From Gemmatimonadales bacterium (lineage in GTDB: Bacteria; Gemmatimonadota; Gemmatimonadetes; Gemmatimonadales; GWC2-71-9), in the NCBI GenBank assembly GCA_038205305.1, contig JBBRBZ010000005.1, forward strand, positions 1-62,288: 62,288 nucleotides of DNA, in the 5' to 3' direction. The notes below the pieces were generated by a model, which was not told the origin of the DNA, did no database searches, and worked only from the letters and a program-made list of their open reading frames with translations. The position numbers and the translations under genes were made by a program. Below, piece after piece: positions 59,818 through 62,288 of the stretch; position 1 is the first letter of the stretch; every line of letters begins with the position of its first letter.

Positions 59818-62288
59818 GCGACCCCTTCGCGCAGCAACCGCTGGTCTACTTCTTCGGCCAGGGTCGGGCCGACGGCACCTCGGCCATGAAGGACATCCTC
59901 GGTGGCAAGGGAGCCGGGCTGGCCGAGATGACCAACCTCGGCATCTCCGTCCCACCCGGCTTCACCATCTCGTCCCCGGTCTGCCACACCTATCTCGAGA
60001 CGCAATCGTTCCCGCCGGGCCTCCGCGCCCAGGTGGAACGAGCGCTCCAGCGGCTGGAAGCGGCCACGGGCAAGGAGTTCGGCGGTGAAACCACTCCGCT
60101 CTTGGTGTCGGTGCGTAGCGGCGCGGCGGTCTCGATGCCCGGCATGATGGAGACGATTCTGAACCTGGGGTTGAATGATCAGACTGTGGAAGGTCTCACC
60201 GGGCTGAGCAACAATCCCGCCTTCGCCTGGGATTGCTATCGCCGTTTCGTGCAGATGTACGCTTCCGTGGTCTTCGGCGTCCCCAAGTCATCATTTGAAG
60301 TGCTGCTCGACGAGGCAAAGGACGCGCACGGCGCGGCGCGGGAAATCGACCTGCCCATTGCCGCCCTCAAGACGCTGGTCACCCGGTTCAAGACGCTCGT
60401 TGCCGATCACGCGGGAGACCCCTTCCCCGAGGATCCGATGGAACAGCTCTGGGGTGCCATCGCGGCGGTCTTCAAGAGCTGGAACACGCGGCGGGCGATC
60501 GACTACCGCCGGCTGCACGACATTCCCGACACCATGGGCACGGCAGTGAGTATCGTCACCATGGTGTTCGGCAATCTGGGGGAGCAGTCCGGCACGGGTG
60601 TCGTCTTCTCCCGCAACCCGTCGACTGGCGAACGCCAGCTCTATGGCGAGTTCCTGTCGAACGCGCAGGGCGAGGACGTCGTCTCCGGCGCACGAAACCC
60701 CGAGCCGATCAGCGCGCTCGAGGCGCACCTGCAGGGGCCGTACCTCGAGCTGGAACGGATGGCCCGCACACTGGAGCGTCACTTCCGGGACGTGCAGGAC
60801 ATGGAGTTCACCATCGAGAATGGCCACCTCTACATGCTGCAGACCCGCCGGGCGCAGCGCAGCGGTCAAGCGGCGTTCCGGGTGGCGTGCGAGATGGTGG
60901 ATGAGGGTGCCATCAGCGAGGAGGAAGCGGTGGCACGGATCCCGCCCCAGGCGCTCGAGCAGCTGCTGCATCCGATGATTGACCCCAGCGCCTCGCTCGA
61001 CCAGCTGACCACCGGCCTTCCGGCCTCGCCGGGGGCCGCCTCGGGAACGGTGGTCTTCACCGCCGATCTCGCGGCCGGGTTGGCGGCCAAGGGCGAGGCG
61101 GTCATTCTCGTGCGCCGCGAGACCTCGCCGGAGGACTTCCACGGCATGGTCGCCTCCCGCGCGATCCTCACCGCGCGGGGGGGCATGACCTCGCACGCGG
61201 CCGTCGTCGCGCGCGGCATGGGAAAGCCGTGCGTCGCGGGCGCGCAAGATCTCGACGTTGACGAGGGCCTGGAAGTGATCCGTGTCAAAGGTCAGGAGAT
61301 CAAGGCCGGCGATTGGATCACCCTCGATGGCTCGACCGGTGCCGTCTACCTCGGCCAGGCCAAACTGGTCGTGCCCAAGATGGACGGCAACTATGATCGC
61401 CTGATGGCATGGGCTGATCGGATCCGGCCGATGAAGATCCGAGTCAATGCCGACACGCCGGCCGATGCGCATCGCGGTCGCGACTTCGGCGCGGAGGGCA
61501 TCGGGTTGTGCCGTACCGAACACATGTTCTTCGAGGGCGACCGACTCACCACCATGCGCGAGATGATCGTCGCTGAGAGCAAGGAGGAACGCGATCGCGC
61601 GCTGGCCAAGTTGCTCCCCATGCAGCGTGGCGACTTCGAAGCCATCTTCCGTGCCATGGAAGGGTACCCGGTCACCATCCGGCTGCTCGATCCCCCGCTG
61701 CATGAGTTCCTCCCCAAGGATGAAGGCGAACTGGCGCTCCTTGCCGAGCAACTGAAGAAGCCGCTCGATCACCTGCGCTTCGTGGTGCAATCGCTGCACG
61801 AAGAGAATCCCATGCTCGGCCTCCGTGGCTGTCGCCTGGGAATCATCTACCCCGAAATCACCGCCATGCAGGCACGAGCGATCTTCGAGGCGGCCTGCAC
61901 CGTGGCAGCCCGCAAGGGGCGTGTGATGCCCGAGGTCATGATCCCACTGGTCGCATCGGTCGTCGAGTTCCGGCGACAGGCGCTACTGGTGCGCCAGATC
62001 GCCGAGGAAGTCTTTCGCGAGCGGCAGCTGACAGTTCCCTTCCTCCTCGGCACCATGATCGAACTACCGCGCGCGGCGCTCACGGCCGATGAGATTGCCC
62101 GTGAAGCGCAGTTCTTCTCCTTCGGCACCAACGATCTCACCCAGACCACCTGGGGACTCTCGCGCGACGACGCCGGGCGATTCCTGCCTCGGTATATCGA
62201 ATCCGGAATCATCGATGCCGATCCCTTCCAGACGCTCGACCAGCAGGGCGTCGGCAAGTTGATCCAGATGGCCTGCGAGCTTGGCCGC
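59814..62288 (+). CDS. ppdK: Pyruvate, phosphate dikinase (runs off window)
   Basis: Read by hand from ATG 59814: LGGKGAGLAEM, SVRSGA.SMPGMM, GGMTSHAAVVARG, GLCRTEHMF, SFGTNDLTQ. Absent from the ORF track because it has no stop in the window. Confidence 0.95.
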   Translation, partial: MSDPFAQQPLVYFFGQGRADGTSAMKDILGGKGAGLAEMTNLGISVPPGFTISSPVCHTYLETQSFPPGLRAQVERALQRLEAATGKEFGGETTPLLVSVRSGAAVSMPGMMETILNLGLNDQTVEGLTGLSNNPAFAWDCYRRFVQMYASVVFGVPKSSFEVLLDEAKDAHGAAREIDLPIAALKTLVTRFKTLVADHAGDPFPEDPMEQLWGAIAAVFKSWNTRRAIDYRRLHDIPDTMGTAVSIVTMVFGNLGEQSGTGVVFSRNPSTGERQLYGEFLSNAQGEDVVSGARNPEPISALEAHLQGPYLELERMARTLERHFRDVQDMEFTIENGHLYMLQTRRAQRSGQAAFRVACEMVDEGAISEEEAVARIPPQALEQLLHPMIDPSASLDQLTTGLPASPGAASGTVVFTADLAAGLAAKGEAVILVRRETSPEDFHGMVASRAILTARGGMTSHAAVVARGMGKPCVAGAQDLDVDEGLEVIRVKGQEIKAGDWITLDGSTGAVYLGQAKLVVPKMDGNYDRLMAWADRIRPMKIRVNADTPADAHRGRDFGAEGIGLCRTEHMFFEGDRLTTMREMIVAESKEERDRALAKLLPMQRGDFEAIFRAMEGYPVTIRLLDPPLHEFLPKDEGELALLAEQLKKPLDHLRFVVQSLHEENPMLGLRGCRLGIIYPEITAMQARAIFEAACTVAARKGRVMPEVMIPLVASVVEFRRQALLVRQIAEEVFRERQLTVPFLLGTMIELPRAALTADEIAREAQFFSFGTNDLTQTTWGLSRDDAGRFLPRYIESGIIDADPFQTLDQQGVGKLIQMACELGR

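Overview
High-GC bacterial chromosomal segment, densely coding, mostly housekeeping. Gene order and protein style suggest Gemmatimonadota (inference, not tested). I found no rRNA, tRNA, CRISPR array or mobile element. In order: ZAS anti-sigma/ECF sigma pair; GDPD; rng/rne-rplU-rpmA; an Ig-repeat M8 metalloprotease lipoprotein; a ~20 kb minus-strand gene train (aspS, phoH, ybeY, two CNNM/CorC genes, mgtE, meaB, B12 acyl-CoA mutase large subunit, eRF1-like gene, mutase small subunit, carboxyltransferase, TPPII-like S8 protease, split AtuA pair, enoyl-CoA hydratase, recQ); rlmN-crcB-DUF190; sdpR-sdpI-hydrolase; a serine-glyoxylate aminotransferase/hydroxypyruvate reductase/glycerate kinase module; folK-panBCD; a trp operon interrupted by an antisense lexA and by a HEAT-repeat + HD-GYP pair; a Met/His-rich protein with a multicopper oxidase; and truA-htrA-purB-purC-psd-pssA-purSQLF-ppdK. 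Best leads: (1) the HEAT-repeat and HD-GYP proteins inside trp share a paralogous, unnamed N-terminal domain, a candidate two-protein c-di-GMP signalling module; (2) a TTCGG-N6-TTCG direct repeat occurs twice over a predicted lexA promoter, a candidate lineage-specific SOS box; (3) the mutase has isobutyryl-CoA-mutase specificity residues, its two subunit genes flank a GGQ-less eRF1-like gene, and it is coupled to a secreted TPPII-like peptidase and AtuA genes. All calls come from motif recognition by eye; no database searches were run.
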